Shown piece by piece: positions 9,771 through 18,884 of a DNA stretch of 64,000 nucleotides. The notes under the pieces were generated by a model. The model ran no database searches and had not been told where the DNA came from. It worked only from the letters and a program-made list of their open reading frames with translations. The stretch is taken from NCBI GenBank assembly GCA_963746175.1, contig CAVVAH010000004.1:511567-575566 (forward strand), given 5' to 3'. The stretch comes from an uncultured Actinomycetota bacterium (GTDB taxonomy: Bacteria > Actinomycetota > Actinomycetes > JACCUZ01). The translations under genes were made by a program, and so were the position numbers. Each line of letters starts with the position of its first letter. Positions within the stretch are counted from its first letter, which is position 1.

Positions 9771-10859
9771 CTAGAAGAAGATCGACTTCCGGGACATCAG
9801 CAGCCGGTAGAGCGTGTGCTGGATCGTCTCGCGCACCTGGTCGGTGAGGTTGAAGACCAGCATCGGGTCGTCGGCCGAGCCGGGGTCGTAGCGGTCGGTC
9901 TCGATGGGCTCGCCGAACTCGATGATCCACTTGCTGGGCAACGGGATCGCGCCGAGCGGGCCCAGCCACGGGAAGGTCGGGGTCACCGGGACGTACGGCA
10001 GCCCCAGCAGGCGAGCCAGCGTCTTGACGTTGCCGAGGATCGGGTAGATCTCCTCGGCACCGACGATGGAGCACGGGACGATCGGCACCCGCGCCTTGAG
10101 GGCGGCCGAGACGAACCCGCCGCGGCCGAACCGCTGCAGCTTGTAGCGCTCGGAGAACGGCTTGCCGATCCCCTTGAACCCTTCCGGCCAGACCCCGACG
10201 AGCTCGCCCTTCCCGAGCAGCCGCTCCGCGTCGGCGTTGCACGCCAGGGTGGTGCCGCTCCTGCGCGCCAGCGTGCTCACGATCGGCGTCTGGAAGACGA
10301 GGTCGGCGCCGAGCATGCGCAGGTGGCGCCGCGCCGGGTGGTGGTCGAGGAGGGCGATCTGGGTCATGACGGAGTCGAGCGGGACGGTGCCGGAGTGGTT
10401 GGCGACGACCAGCGCGCCACCCTCGGCGGGGATGTTGTCCAGGCCGCGCGCCTCGACGCGGAAGTAACGCTCGTACAGCGGCCGCATCGCGGCCAGCAGC
10501 ACCTTCTCGGTCAGCTCGGCGTCGAACCCGAACTCGTCGACCTCGACGTCTCCGGTGAGGCGGCGGCGGACGAAGGCGAGGGTCGCGGCGACCTTGCGCT
10601 CCCACTCCGGCACCGCTGACGGGTCGTCGGCAGCCTCGGAGCCGGCCTGCGTGCCGGCGAGGCCGCTCTGCGCTGCGACCGTCTCGGCGTCGGCAGCCGC
10701 GGCCCGCGCCTCGGCCTCGTCCAGCAGCGGCGTCGCGCGCTTGCGACGGGCCCGCTCGCTGCCGGCCCGGGACGCCCCAGCAGCCACGGCGTCGGCCGCC
10801 GACGCCGGACGGCGCCGGTCGTCGCCGCCGTCGATCGGGATCACCCGGGCGTCAGCCAC
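9771..10859 (-). CDS. Lysophospholipid/glycerol acyltransferase family protein (Rv0502-like)
   Basis: ALVVANHSG (NHxxxxD), VWPEG, FGRGGFV and IEFGEPI motifs. Confidence 0.9.
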   Translation of the reverse strand: MADARVIPIDGGDDRRRPASAADAVAAGASRAGSERARRKRATPLLDEAEARAAAADAETVAAQSGLAGTQAGSEAADDPSAVPEWERKVAATLAFVRRRLTGDVEVDEFGFDAELTEKVLLAAMRPLYERYFRVEARGLDNIPAEGGALVVANHSGTVPLDSVMTQIALLDHHPARRHLRMLGADLVFQTPIVSTLARRSGTTLACNADAERLLGKGELVGVWPEGFKGIGKPFSERYKLQRFGRGGFVSAALKARVPIVPCSIVGAEEIYPILGNVKTLARLLGLPYVPVTPTFPWLGPLGAIPLPSKWIIEFGEPIETDRYDPGSADDPMLVFNLTDQVRETIQHTLYRLLMSRKSIFF

Positions 10860-11892
10860 GCGGCACCGCCCGACCGGCGGACGACAGGACGTCGACGACG
10901 CGGCCCTCGACGGCCCGCACGACGTCGGCCGAGAGCGGCCCGTGCAGATGCTGTCTGGTGACGAAGTCGTCGAAGGCCTCGCGGGTGGAGTAGCGCGGCT
11001 CGAACCCGAGCACCTCGCGCATCCGACTGGTGTCCACGACCCGGCCGTACGACAGGAAGCGGATCTGCTCGGCGGAGAAGTCGGCGAGCCCGAGGCGACG
11101 CAGAGCCTGACCGATCCACGGCGCCGCGGGCTGCGGCAGCGGCACCGACGGGCGCCCGGCCCGACGGATCGCCTGCGACAGGGTCATGACGCCGTCGCCC
11201 GCGATGTTGAACGTGCCGCCGTGGTCGCCGAGCGTGGTCCGCCAGAGGACCTCGAGGCCGTCACGCTCGTGCACGAACTGGAGCCGCGGGTCGTAGCCGA
11301 GGACGGTGGGCACCACCGGCAGCGAGAAGTACGACGTGAGCGCCGTCGTGACCTTCGGCCCGACGAAGTTGGCGAACCGCAACGTGGTCACCGACACGTC
11401 CGGCCGGCGGCGGGCGAAGCCGCGCACGTAGCCCTCGACCTCGACGGAGTCCTTGGCGTAGCCGCTGCGCGCCATGGCGTTCGGCTCGAGGTCCTCGGTG
11501 AACATCGCCGGGTCCTGCGGCGAGGAGCCGTAGACGGCGGTCGACGACTTCACCACCAGCTTGCGCACCGACGGAGCCTTCTGGCACGCGGCCAGCAGCT
11601 GCATCGTGCCGATGACGTTGATCTCCTTCATCATCGCGCGGCCGCCTGCGTCGAGCGGGGTGGCGAGCACTGCCATGTGCACCACGGTGTCGACCTCGGC
11701 GCGCGCGATGACCTTGCCGATGACCGGGTTGCGGATGTCGGCCCGCACGAACTCGGCGTCGCCGAGATCGGTCTTGGGCGGCACCACGTCGACGCCGATG
11801 ACCCGGGAGATGTCGGGGTCGGCCTGCAGCAGCTGGGTGAACCGGCCGCCGAGGTAGCGCGACACCCCGGTGACCATGACGACCCGGCCCAC
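10852..11892 (-). CDS. NAD-dependent epimerase/dehydratase (Rv0501-like)
   Basis: VMVTGVSRYLGG, EINVIGT, SSTAVYG, YAKDS (YxxxK-like) and QFVHERD. GTG at 11892 has a GAGGAG RBS. Confidence 0.9.
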   Translation of the reverse strand: MGRVVMVTGVSRYLGGRFTQLLQADPDISRVIGVDVVPPKTDLGDAEFVRADIRNPVIGKVIARAEVDTVVHMAVLATPLDAGGRAMMKEINVIGTMQLLAACQKAPSVRKLVVKSSTAVYGSSPQDPAMFTEDLEPNAMARSGYAKDSVEVEGYVRGFARRRPDVSVTTLRFANFVGPKVTTALTSYFSLPVVPTVLGYDPRLQFVHERDGLEVLWRTTLGDHGGTFNIAGDGVMTLSQAIRRAGRPSVPLPQPAAPWIGQALRRLGLADFSAEQIRFLSYGRVVDTSRMREVLGFEPRYSTREAFDDFVTRQHLHGPLSADVVRAVEGRVVDVLSSAGRAVPRG

Positions 11893-11941
11893 CGCGCTCC
11901 CTCCTCGCGTCTGCACCCCGGCCCGCTCCGGGCGGGCGGCG

Positions 11942-12040
11942 CTACTTCTTGTTACGACGCTGGACGCGCGTCTTCTTCAGCAGCTTGCGGTGCTTCTTCT
12001 TCGCCATGCGCTTGCGGCGCTTCTTGATGACGGAACCCAC
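11942..12040 (-). CDS. 30S ribosomal protein bS22 (AURKAIP1/COX24 domain, Rv0500B-like)
   Basis: MGSVIKKRRKRMAKKKHRKLLKKTRVQRRNKK, 32 aa. Confidence 0.95.
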   Translation of the reverse strand: MGSVIKKRRKRMAKKKHRKLLKKTRVQRRNKK

Positions 12041-12199
12041 GAGACCTCTTCGAGTCGGAGCGTGTGCAGGTGCTGTGGCACGGGTGCCGGTGGCGCACGG
12101 GCGCCACGCCTGGGGGCTGAGCCTACCTGCCGGGCGCTGACGGGCGCGATCCGGCGGGACGGCAGGAGACCAGCGCTCCGGAACGGAGGCGGACCGGAA

Positions 12200-12227
12200 C
12201 GTGACCTCCCTCACGCGGACTCGTTGG
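12200..12227 (+). promoter_or_regulatory. Candidate sigma-BldN-type promoter of the M36 peptidase gene
   Basis: CGTGAC-N16-CGTTGG has the same spacing as the rsbN promoter and one mismatch per hexamer to the consensus. It lies 31 bp before the ATG at 12259. Confidence 0.5.
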
Positions 12228-12258
12228 TCGGTGCAGACCACCCGAGTCGCCGCAACCG

Positions 12259-15200
12259 ATGGCGACGACCCTTCCCGTGGAGGACCCCGTGCGGAGATCA
12301 CCCCGCCCCCGGCAGCTGCTCGCCGCAGGTGCCGCCCTCGCCGTGTCGGCCGCGATCCTGCCGACAGCCACCCTGACGGCATCGTCCGCGAGCGCCGTCG
12401 TGAGCGACCTGCCGAGCGCCACCGGCTCCGGCACCGAGAGGGCCGCCGACAGCCGGGCGACCAGCTCGGCCCTGAAGCCGACGCAGGCCCAGCTGGACGC
12501 CGTCCGCGCGATCCTCGCGGCCGCGCCGCAGGGCACCCGGGCCACCTGGGACCCGCGCTTCGGCACGCCGCGCACGATCGTCGGGACGAACGGCTACCTC
12601 ACGGGTGCCCGCAGCGGCTCGGCCGTGTCGGTCGCGCGCGGCTGGGTGGCCGACAACCGTGCGGCGTTCGGGATGACCGACGTCCAGGTCGCGGCGATGC
12701 AGGTGACCCGCGACCACGCGCTGCCCGGCACCGGCACCCACGTCGTGACGTTCGCCCAGGTCTTCGACGGCGTCGCCGCCGTCCAGGGCGGCCGCCTGAA
12801 CGTCGCCGTCACGAAGGACGGCAAGGTCCTCTCGTACGGCGGCAACCCGACGCGCGGGTCGCAGCTGACCGGCTCGTGGTCGATGTCCGCAGGCCAGGCG
12901 CTGACGGCGGCCGCCCAGAAGCTCGCCGGGACGTCAGTCACGCCGAGCGCGACCGGGACGACCGCAGGCTGGACGACCTTCGCGAAGGGACCGTTCGCCG
13001 CGTCGTCGTATGCGAAGAAGGCCGTCTTCCCGACGGCGGACGGGGCGCGCGCCGCCTTCCGTGTCCTGCTGGTCGAGAAGCTCGACCGGGCCTGGGACAC
13101 CGTCGTGGACGCGCAGTCCGGCGCGGTGCTCTGGAAGCAGAGCCTGGTGAAGAACGACTCCGAGGGCACCGTCTACGAGAACTTCCCGGGTGCCCCGAAG
13201 GGTGGCCAGCCGGTCGTCACGTCCTTCGGCCCCACCGCCGAGTCGCCGTCCGGCTACACGGACCCGACGGGTCTCGCCGGGCTCGGCGGGCCCACGACGT
13301 TCGGCAACAACGCCAACACCTACGCCAACTACTCGAACTTCCTGGTGCCCGCCGACGAGGGCCCCCGGCCGGTCAGCCCGACGAGCCAGTTCAACTACGC
13401 GTACGCCAAGAACTGGCAGCGCACGAACGGCGCGATCCTCCCGCCGTCGTACGCGCTGGACCTCGAGCCGGCCGCCACCAACCTGTTCTGGCAGCACAAC
13501 CGGATCCACGACGAGTTCTACGACTTCGGCTTCACCGAGACCGCCGGCAACTTCCAGACCGACGGCGGCGACCCGGTGCTCGGTCTCGTGCACGCCGGTG
13601 CCGCGAGCGGTGGCGCGCCGACGTACACCGGTCGGGACAACGCCTACTTCCTGCCGCTGCCCGACGGCGTGCCGTCGTGGAGCGGGATGTTCCTCTGGGA
13701 GCCGATCAACGACGCGTTCGAGGGGCCGTACTCCGACGGCAACTTCGACGCCTCCGTGATCGAGCACGAGTACGCGCACGGCCTGTCGACGCGCTACGTC
13801 GCCGGCGGCGAGGCGCTCGGCTCGCAGCAGGCCGGGTCGATGGGTGAGGGCTGGGGCGACTGGTACGGCCTGAACTACCTGCACCGCGAGGGCCTCTACG
13901 CGAAGTCGGTCGTGGGCGAGTACGTGACCGGCAACCCGGTCCGCGGCATCCGCAACTGGGCGTACGACGCCAACCCGACCAACTACGGCGACGTCGGCTA
14001 CGACCTCACCGGGCCGGAGGTGCACGCGGACGGCGAGATCTGGACGGCGACGCTGTGGCAGCTGCGCAAGCGGCTGGTGGCACAGTACGGCCAGGCGCAG
14101 GGCTCCGAGACGGCTGCCCGGCTGATCACCGACGCGATGCCGCTGTCGGCGCCGGACCCGTCGTTCCTCGACATGCGCGACGCGATCCTGGCCGCCGACA
14201 CCGACCGCTACCACGGTGCCAACACCGACACGATCTGGACGGTCTTCGCCCAGCGCGGCGCCGGCGCCTCGGCGTCGAGCGCGACCGGTGACGACACCGA
14301 CCCGCAGCCGGCGTTCGACCACGCGTCGTCCGCGCGCAACGGGACCCTGGTCGGCAACGTCGTGAACTCGTCGACCGGTGCGCCGGTCGCGGGCGCGAAG
14401 GTGGTCGTCGGAGCGTTCGAGGCGCGGGTGACACCGCTGGTGCGCTCGTCGTCGACCGGCGGCTTCGGCGCGCAGATGGTCGCCGGCACGTACGACCTGC
14501 TCGTGCAGGCGCCCGGCTTCGGCGTCCAGCAGTTCACGGGCGTCACCGTGACCGCGGGCCAGACCAAGGCCGTGAAGCTGACGCTCGCACCGAACCTCGC
14601 CTCGACCAACGCCGGTGCCTCCGTCGTGTCGGTGTCCAGCGAGGACCCGGGCCTGCCGGCGTCGTTCCTGCTCGACGACACCGCGGCGAGCGTGTGGAGC
14701 ACGAAGAAGTCGGCGACGACCTACAACGCCGGGCGGGACGAGCGGGTGACCGTCAAGCTGGCGAAGCCGGCGACGATCGACCGCATCCAGGTCAGCGCGT
14801 ACAAGAACACGGCTGCCAGCCGGTTCGCGGCGCTGAAGGACTTCACCTTCCAGGTCTCCGACGACGGCGTGCTCTGGAAGACCGTGAAGACCGGTGGCTT
14901 CGGATACCAGACCCCGCGGCCGACCGCTCCGGACCTCAACTACAAGACCTTCACCCTGGCGACGCCGACGAAGGCGACGTACGTGCGGTTCTTCGTGGAC
15001 TCGGTCCAGGGCGAGACGCTCGACTACGCGCAGGTCGCCGAGCTGCAGGTCTTCGGCAACGCCAGGGGCATCACGCCGACGACGCCGCCGGCCGACCCGA
15101 CGTTCACCGACGAGGGCACCATCGCGACGGGCAACCCGGCCACCGGCGAGACCGTCGAGACGGTCATCGGCGTCACCGGCACGGAGTTCCAGAACACCTG

Positions 15201-15495
15201 CCCGGACCCGTACGCCGCGCCGGCGTCGCAGGGTGCGGACGGCTGGGTCTCGGCGCTGCCGAAGGGCTTCGGCGACGGGACGCACACGGTCACCGTCACC
15301 GGCGGCGAGTCCACGCCGGCGGGGCACGACATCGACGTGTACTTCCTCGACTCGGCGTGCCAGGTGATCGGGTCGGCGGCGAGCTCGGCGGCCGACGAGT
15401 CGGGGGTGATCCCCGGCGGCACGGCGTACGTGCTCACCCAGCTCTACACCGGGGCGAACGTGCCGTTCACCCTCACCGCGACCGACGCCGGGTAG
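12259..15495 (+). CDS. Secreted M36 (fungalysin) metallopeptidase with propeptide, carboxypeptidase-regulatory-like and discoidin (F5/8C)-like domains
   Basis: N-terminal signal peptide; HEYAH zinc motif; downstream EGWGD; VHADGEIW; PDPSFLDMRDAIL; C-terminal VSAY...FTFQVSDDG...YVRF...VAELQVF discoidin-like segment. Confidence 0.9.
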   Translation: MATTLPVEDPVRRSPRPRQLLAAGAALAVSAAILPTATLTASSASAVVSDLPSATGSGTERAADSRATSSALKPTQAQLDAVRAILAAAPQGTRATWDPRFGTPRTIVGTNGYLTGARSGSAVSVARGWVADNRAAFGMTDVQVAAMQVTRDHALPGTGTHVVTFAQVFDGVAAVQGGRLNVAVTKDGKVLSYGGNPTRGSQLTGSWSMSAGQALTAAAQKLAGTSVTPSATGTTAGWTTFAKGPFAASSYAKKAVFPTADGARAAFRVLLVEKLDRAWDTVVDAQSGAVLWKQSLVKNDSEGTVYENFPGAPKGGQPVVTSFGPTAESPSGYTDPTGLAGLGGPTTFGNNANTYANYSNFLVPADEGPRPVSPTSQFNYAYAKNWQRTNGAILPPSYALDLEPAATNLFWQHNRIHDEFYDFGFTETAGNFQTDGGDPVLGLVHAGAASGGAPTYTGRDNAYFLPLPDGVPSWSGMFLWEPINDAFEGPYSDGNFDASVIEHEYAHGLSTRYVAGGEALGSQQAGSMGEGWGDWYGLNYLHREGLYAKSVVGEYVTGNPVRGIRNWAYDANPTNYGDVGYDLTGPEVHADGEIWTATLWQLRKRLVAQYGQAQGSETAARLITDAMPLSAPDPSFLDMRDAILAADTDRYHGANTDTIWTVFAQRGAGASASSATGDDTDPQPAFDHASSARNGTLVGNVVNSSTGAPVAGAKVVVGAFEARVTPLVRSSSTGGFGAQMVAGTYDLLVQAPGFGVQQFTGVTVTAGQTKAVKLTLAPNLASTNAGASVVSVSSEDPGLPASFLLDDTAASVWSTKKSATTYNAGRDERVTVKLAKPATIDRIQVSAYKNTAASRFAALKDFTFQVSDDGVLWKTVKTGGFGYQTPRPTAPDLNYKTFTLATPTKATYVRFFVDSVQGETLDYAQVAELQVFGNARGITPTTPPADPTFTDEGTIATGNPATGETVETVIGVTGTEFQNTCPDPYAAPASQGADGWVSALPKGFGDGTHTVTVTGGESTPAGHDIDVYFLDSACQVIGSAASSAADESGVIPGGTAYVLTQLYTGANVPFTLTATDAG

Positions 15496-15517
15496 CCCCC
15501 GCGCCGGGGACGAGGCC

Positions 15518-15556
15518 GCCCCCGCTCACCCCGACGGCAGGGGGGTGGGCGGGGGC
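15518..15556. terminator. GC-rich hairpin between convergent M36 and bdtA genes
   Basis: GCCCCCGCTCACCCC-N9-GGGGTGGGCGGGGGC. Confidence 0.75.
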
Positions 15557-15588
15557 TTCGTCGTGGTGGAGCCGGACGGGACGAGCAG

Positions 15589-15801
15589 TCAGGCGGTCTC
15601 GACGTAGGACTGGTCGAGGTAGTCGTGGACGGCCTTCTCCGGCACGCGGAACGAGCGGCCGACCCGGACGGCGGGCAGCGTGCCCGCGTGGACCAGGCGG
15701 TAGACGGTCATCTTGGACACGCGCATCACCGCCGCGACCTCGGCCACGGTGAGGAACGTGACCTCGGACAGCGGACGGTCCTTGGGACCCTGAGCAGGCA
15801 T
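15589..15801 (-). CDS. bdtA: Excisionase-like HTH DNA-binding protein (BdtA/Rv0500A family)
   Basis: FLTVAEVAAVMRVSKMTVYRLVHAGTLPAVRVGRSFRVP; conserved position near bS22. Confidence 0.85.
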   Translation of the reverse strand: MPAQGPKDRPLSEVTFLTVAEVAAVMRVSKMTVYRLVHAGTLPAVRVGRSFRVPEKAVHDYLDQSYVETA

Positions 15802-15949
15802 GAGGCACCGGACCTTCAGCACGTGACGGGCGCCGGCTTCCCCACCGGTGCGCGAAAGGCGTACGCGCTCTGACCCCCAGGGTAGGGGCGGGTGTGCCTC
15901 GTGGGAAAGGGGTGACCAGACTTCACCCGCTCGGCGGCCCCCGGCAGGG

Positions 15950-17929
15950 TCAGGCGGGGACGCCGGCCGCGCGGGTCAGGTCGAGGTCGGCGGCGGGCAC
16001 CGGCCGGCCCAGCAGGTAGCCCTGGGCTACCCGGCAGCCCAGCCGGTCGAGCTCGGCGAGCGTCGCGTCGTCCTCGACGCCCTCGGCCACCACGTCGAGG
16101 CCGAGCCGGTTGCCGAGCCCGATGGTCGAGTCGACGATCACCCGGTCCCGGGCGCTCGAGGTGAGCGCGGCGACGAACGTCCGGTCGATCTTCAGCTCGT
16201 GGACCGGCAGCCGCTTAAGGTACGCGAGCGAGGAGTAGCCGGTGCCGAAGTCGTCGATGCTCAGGCGTACGCCGGCCGCGGCCAGCCGCCCCAGCACCTC
16301 GAGAGCGGTCTCCGGGTCCTCCATGATCGTGGTCTCGGTGATCTCCAGCCCGAGCCGCTCGGCGCGTACGCCGTGGGTCCCCAGCGCGGCCAGCACCTGC
16401 TCGGCGAAGCCGGGCTGCAGCAGGCTGCGGGTCGAGATGTTCACCGCCACCGGGACGACCAGCCCCTGGTCCGCCCAGGTCCGGGCCTGCGCCAGCGCCA
16501 GGTCGAGCACCTGCTCGGTGAGCGGGTGGATCAGGCCGGTGCGCTCGGCGACCGGGATGAACTCCATCGGCGGCACCAGGCCCCGGACGGGGTGCTGCCA
16601 GCGGACCAGCGCCTCGACGCCGAGGACCGTCCCGGCCAGGTCGCACTTCGGCTGGTAGTGCAGCACCAGCTCGGCGTGGACGAGCGCCCGCGACAGGTCG
16701 GCGATCAGCCCGAGGCGCTCCTCGCTGTGCTGGTCCTGCGCCCGGTCGTAGGCCTGGACGCCGACGTGCGCCAGCTTGGCCGCCTCGGTGGCGACGTCCG
16801 CGTGCCGCAGCATCGTCGGGCCGTCCTCGGCGTCCACCCCCTGCACGGACACGCCGCTGCGCGCGCCGAGGACGACGTCGATCCCGGCCATCGGCACCGG
16901 CGCGCAGAGCGCCCGACGGAGCACCTCGGCGTGCACCACCGCCGACTCGACGCCGTCGACGTCCGCCAGCAGGACCGCGAAGTCGTCGCCGCCGAGCCGA
17001 GCCACCAGGTCCGAGGGGCCGACGAGGGACTCCAGCCGCGCGGCCATCTCGCAGACCAGCTCGTCACCCCGGTCGTGCCCGAGGGTGTCGTTGACCTCGC
17101 GGAACCGGTCGAGGTCCAGCAGGACCAAGGCGGGGCGGGTGCCCTCCCGGTCGACGGCGGCCGCGAGCTCACGGTCGAGCAGGCGGCGGTTGGCGAGCCC
17201 GGTCAGGGGGTCGTGGGTGAACTGGTGCTCGGTCCTGGCAGCCTCGTCGCGCAGGCGGCGGGACGCCGACGCGACGGTGCGGAACAACCCGAGCCAGAGG
17301 ACCACCAGCCCGAGGGACAGCACTCCGACCGCGCGCAACGTGTCCGACCGGATGCTGGCCTGCACCGGCCGGTACGGCAGGTAGAGCTCGAAGACGCCGG
17401 CCGGCTCGGAGTTCCCGGCGTACTCGATCGGGACGTAGACCTCGAGCAGCGTGCCGTACCGCTGGAGCAGGGGCGCGTTCTCGGGCTCGTCCGCGGTGGT
17501 CACCACCTCGGCCTCGATGTTGCCCTCCAGCGCCTCGCCGAGCTCGTCCGACGGCTCCGCGTCCGGGGCGGGGACGGTGACGCTGACGGTGTGCGGGTCC
17601 CGCAGGTAGAGCAGGTCGCCGTCCGCGTGCCAGATCTTGATCCGCGCGAGCTCGGTGCCACCGCGCGAACCATTGACCGCCCGGTCGAGGGCAGCGACCT
17701 TGTCGGCGGGCAGTCCGGCCGCCAGGTCGTGCCGGGTGAGCAGCGGCTGGATCGCGATCGTCGTGGTGAGGACCGCCGAGTCCTTGGCCGCCTGCAGCGC
17801 CCGGCCGGCGATCATCGACGCCAGCAGCTGGCTCAGCAGCACGCCGAGGGCGACGACCAGAACGAGGCTGACCGCAGCCACGCGAGCGAGCAGGCTGGGT
17901 CGCCGTACCCGCTCGAGGACAGTCCGCAC
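15950..17929 (-). CDS. Membrane-anchored GGDEF-EAL diguanylate cyclase/phosphodiesterase
   Basis: Two TM segments; DPLTGLANR, DLDRFREVNDTLGH, RLGGDDF; YQPK, VEALVRW, LEITE, IDDFGTGYSS, ELKIDR, AEGVE. Confidence 0.93.
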   Translation of the reverse strand: MRTVLERVRRPSLLARVAAVSLVLVVALGVLLSQLLASMIAGRALQAAKDSAVLTTTIAIQPLLTRHDLAAGLPADKVAALDRAVNGSRGGTELARIKIWHADGDLLYLRDPHTVSVTVPAPDAEPSDELGEALEGNIEAEVVTTADEPENAPLLQRYGTLLEVYVPIEYAGNSEPAGVFELYLPYRPVQASIRSDTLRAVGVLSLGLVVLWLGLFRTVASASRRLRDEAARTEHQFTHDPLTGLANRRLLDRELAAAVDREGTRPALVLLDLDRFREVNDTLGHDRGDELVCEMAARLESLVGPSDLVARLGGDDFAVLLADVDGVESAVVHAEVLRRALCAPVPMAGIDVVLGARSGVSVQGVDAEDGPTMLRHADVATEAAKLAHVGVQAYDRAQDQHSEERLGLIADLSRALVHAELVLHYQPKCDLAGTVLGVEALVRWQHPVRGLVPPMEFIPVAERTGLIHPLTEQVLDLALAQARTWADQGLVVPVAVNISTRSLLQPGFAEQVLAALGTHGVRAERLGLEITETTIMEDPETALEVLGRLAAAGVRLSIDDFGTGYSSLAYLKRLPVHELKIDRTFVAALTSSARDRVIVDSTIGLGNRLGLDVVAEGVEDDATLAELDRLGCRVAQGYLLGRPVPAADLDLTRAAGVPA

Positions 17930-18065
17930 ACGTGTGTACTCGGCACTCCCCGCGCCGCCTCGATCACCCGAACGGGTGCAGCGCCCACCCCTCGACCCCC
18001 GCGAGCGCTGCAGACACGCAGGCGCCGGCCGCGTTCCGTCGGCGTGTCGGGAGCGCTCGCGGAGG

Positions 18066-18884
18066 TCAGGAGAGCAGGCCGGCGGCGTGCAGGAGGTACG
18101 CCGTCATGGGGGCGTAGCGGTGCGGCGGGACGTTGTCGTCCAGCGGCACGGACACGGCGACCAGGCCCTCGGCCTCGCCGACGAACAGGGCCGGGTCGTT
18201 GCAGTCCGCGAACCCGACGGAGGTGATCCCGGCCTGTCCGGCGGCTCCCGCCCAGCCGTGGTCGGCCATCACGAGGTCGGGGGGCCCCTCGCCGTCGGCA
18301 GCCAGCGAGGCGAGGACGCCACGCATCGGCTCGGGCGAGTGGGTGTGGTTGAGGTTCCCCGTGCTGCTCACGACGGCGACGTCCCCGACGTAGCGGACGT
18401 GCCGGTCGACCTTGCCCCACCTCGTCATCGACTGGTACTCGAAGCCCGCGCCCGGGGTGAGGACCGTCGCACCGGCAGCCCGCAGCGCGGTCGCCGCGGC
18501 CATCTGCACGACGAGCAGGCCGGCCGGGTGGCCGGTGGCGAGCAGGACGCGGGACCGGTCCCGCCCGGCGCGGCCGAGGTGCTCGGCCATCCGGTCGAGG
18601 CCGTCGATGGTGAGGTCCGGGTCGATCCGGTCCTGGCCGCGCAGGAGGCTGCGGTCCGGCGAGACCCCGACCTTCTCGACCATCAGGTCGAGGACGTCGT
18701 CGAGGTTCCAGCGCCCGGTCGGTTCGAGCCCGAACATCGCCTTCGAGAGGCGGCCGGCGAGCATGCCGTACTTCACGAGGTTGTCCTCGCGGGTGGTGCG
18801 GACGTCGCCGGCGATCAGCGCGTCGACCAGCTGGTCGCGCAGCTCGTCGCGGGTCGGGACGGCACCGGGGGCCAGGACGCTCAC
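18066..18884 (-). CDS. Actinobacterial 'phosphatase' family conserved protein
   Basis: C-terminal part of ORF 18066..20111: LLATGHPAGL, HTHSPEPM, DLVMADHGWAG, DCNDPALF. GTG overlaps the acuC stop. Function not established. Confidence 0.75.
   Translation of the reverse strand: MSVLAPGAVPTRDELRDQLVDALIAGDVRTTREDNLVKYGMLAGRLSKAMFGLEPTGRWNLDDVLDLMVEKVGVSPDRSLLRGQDRIDPDLTIDGLDRMAEHLGRAGRDRSRVLLATGHPAGLLVVQMAAATALRAAGATVLTPGAGFEYQSMTRWGKVDRHVRYVGDVAVVSSTGNLNHTHSPEPMRGVLASLAADGEGPPDLVMADHGWAGAAGQAGITSVGFADCNDPALFVGEAEGLVAVSVPLDDNVPPHRYAPMTAYLLHAAGLLS

Noticed and set aside
12196-12225. SigE/SigH-type GGAAC...CGTT promoter for the M36 gene
   Set aside because: Spacing is 21 nt, too long; the CGTGAC-N16-CGTTGG reading fits better.
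15589-15801. Excisionase indicating a prophage or integrative element; or bldC
   Set aside because: Sequence and synteny match the core BdtA/Rv0500A family. There is no integrase nearby and it differs from BldC.
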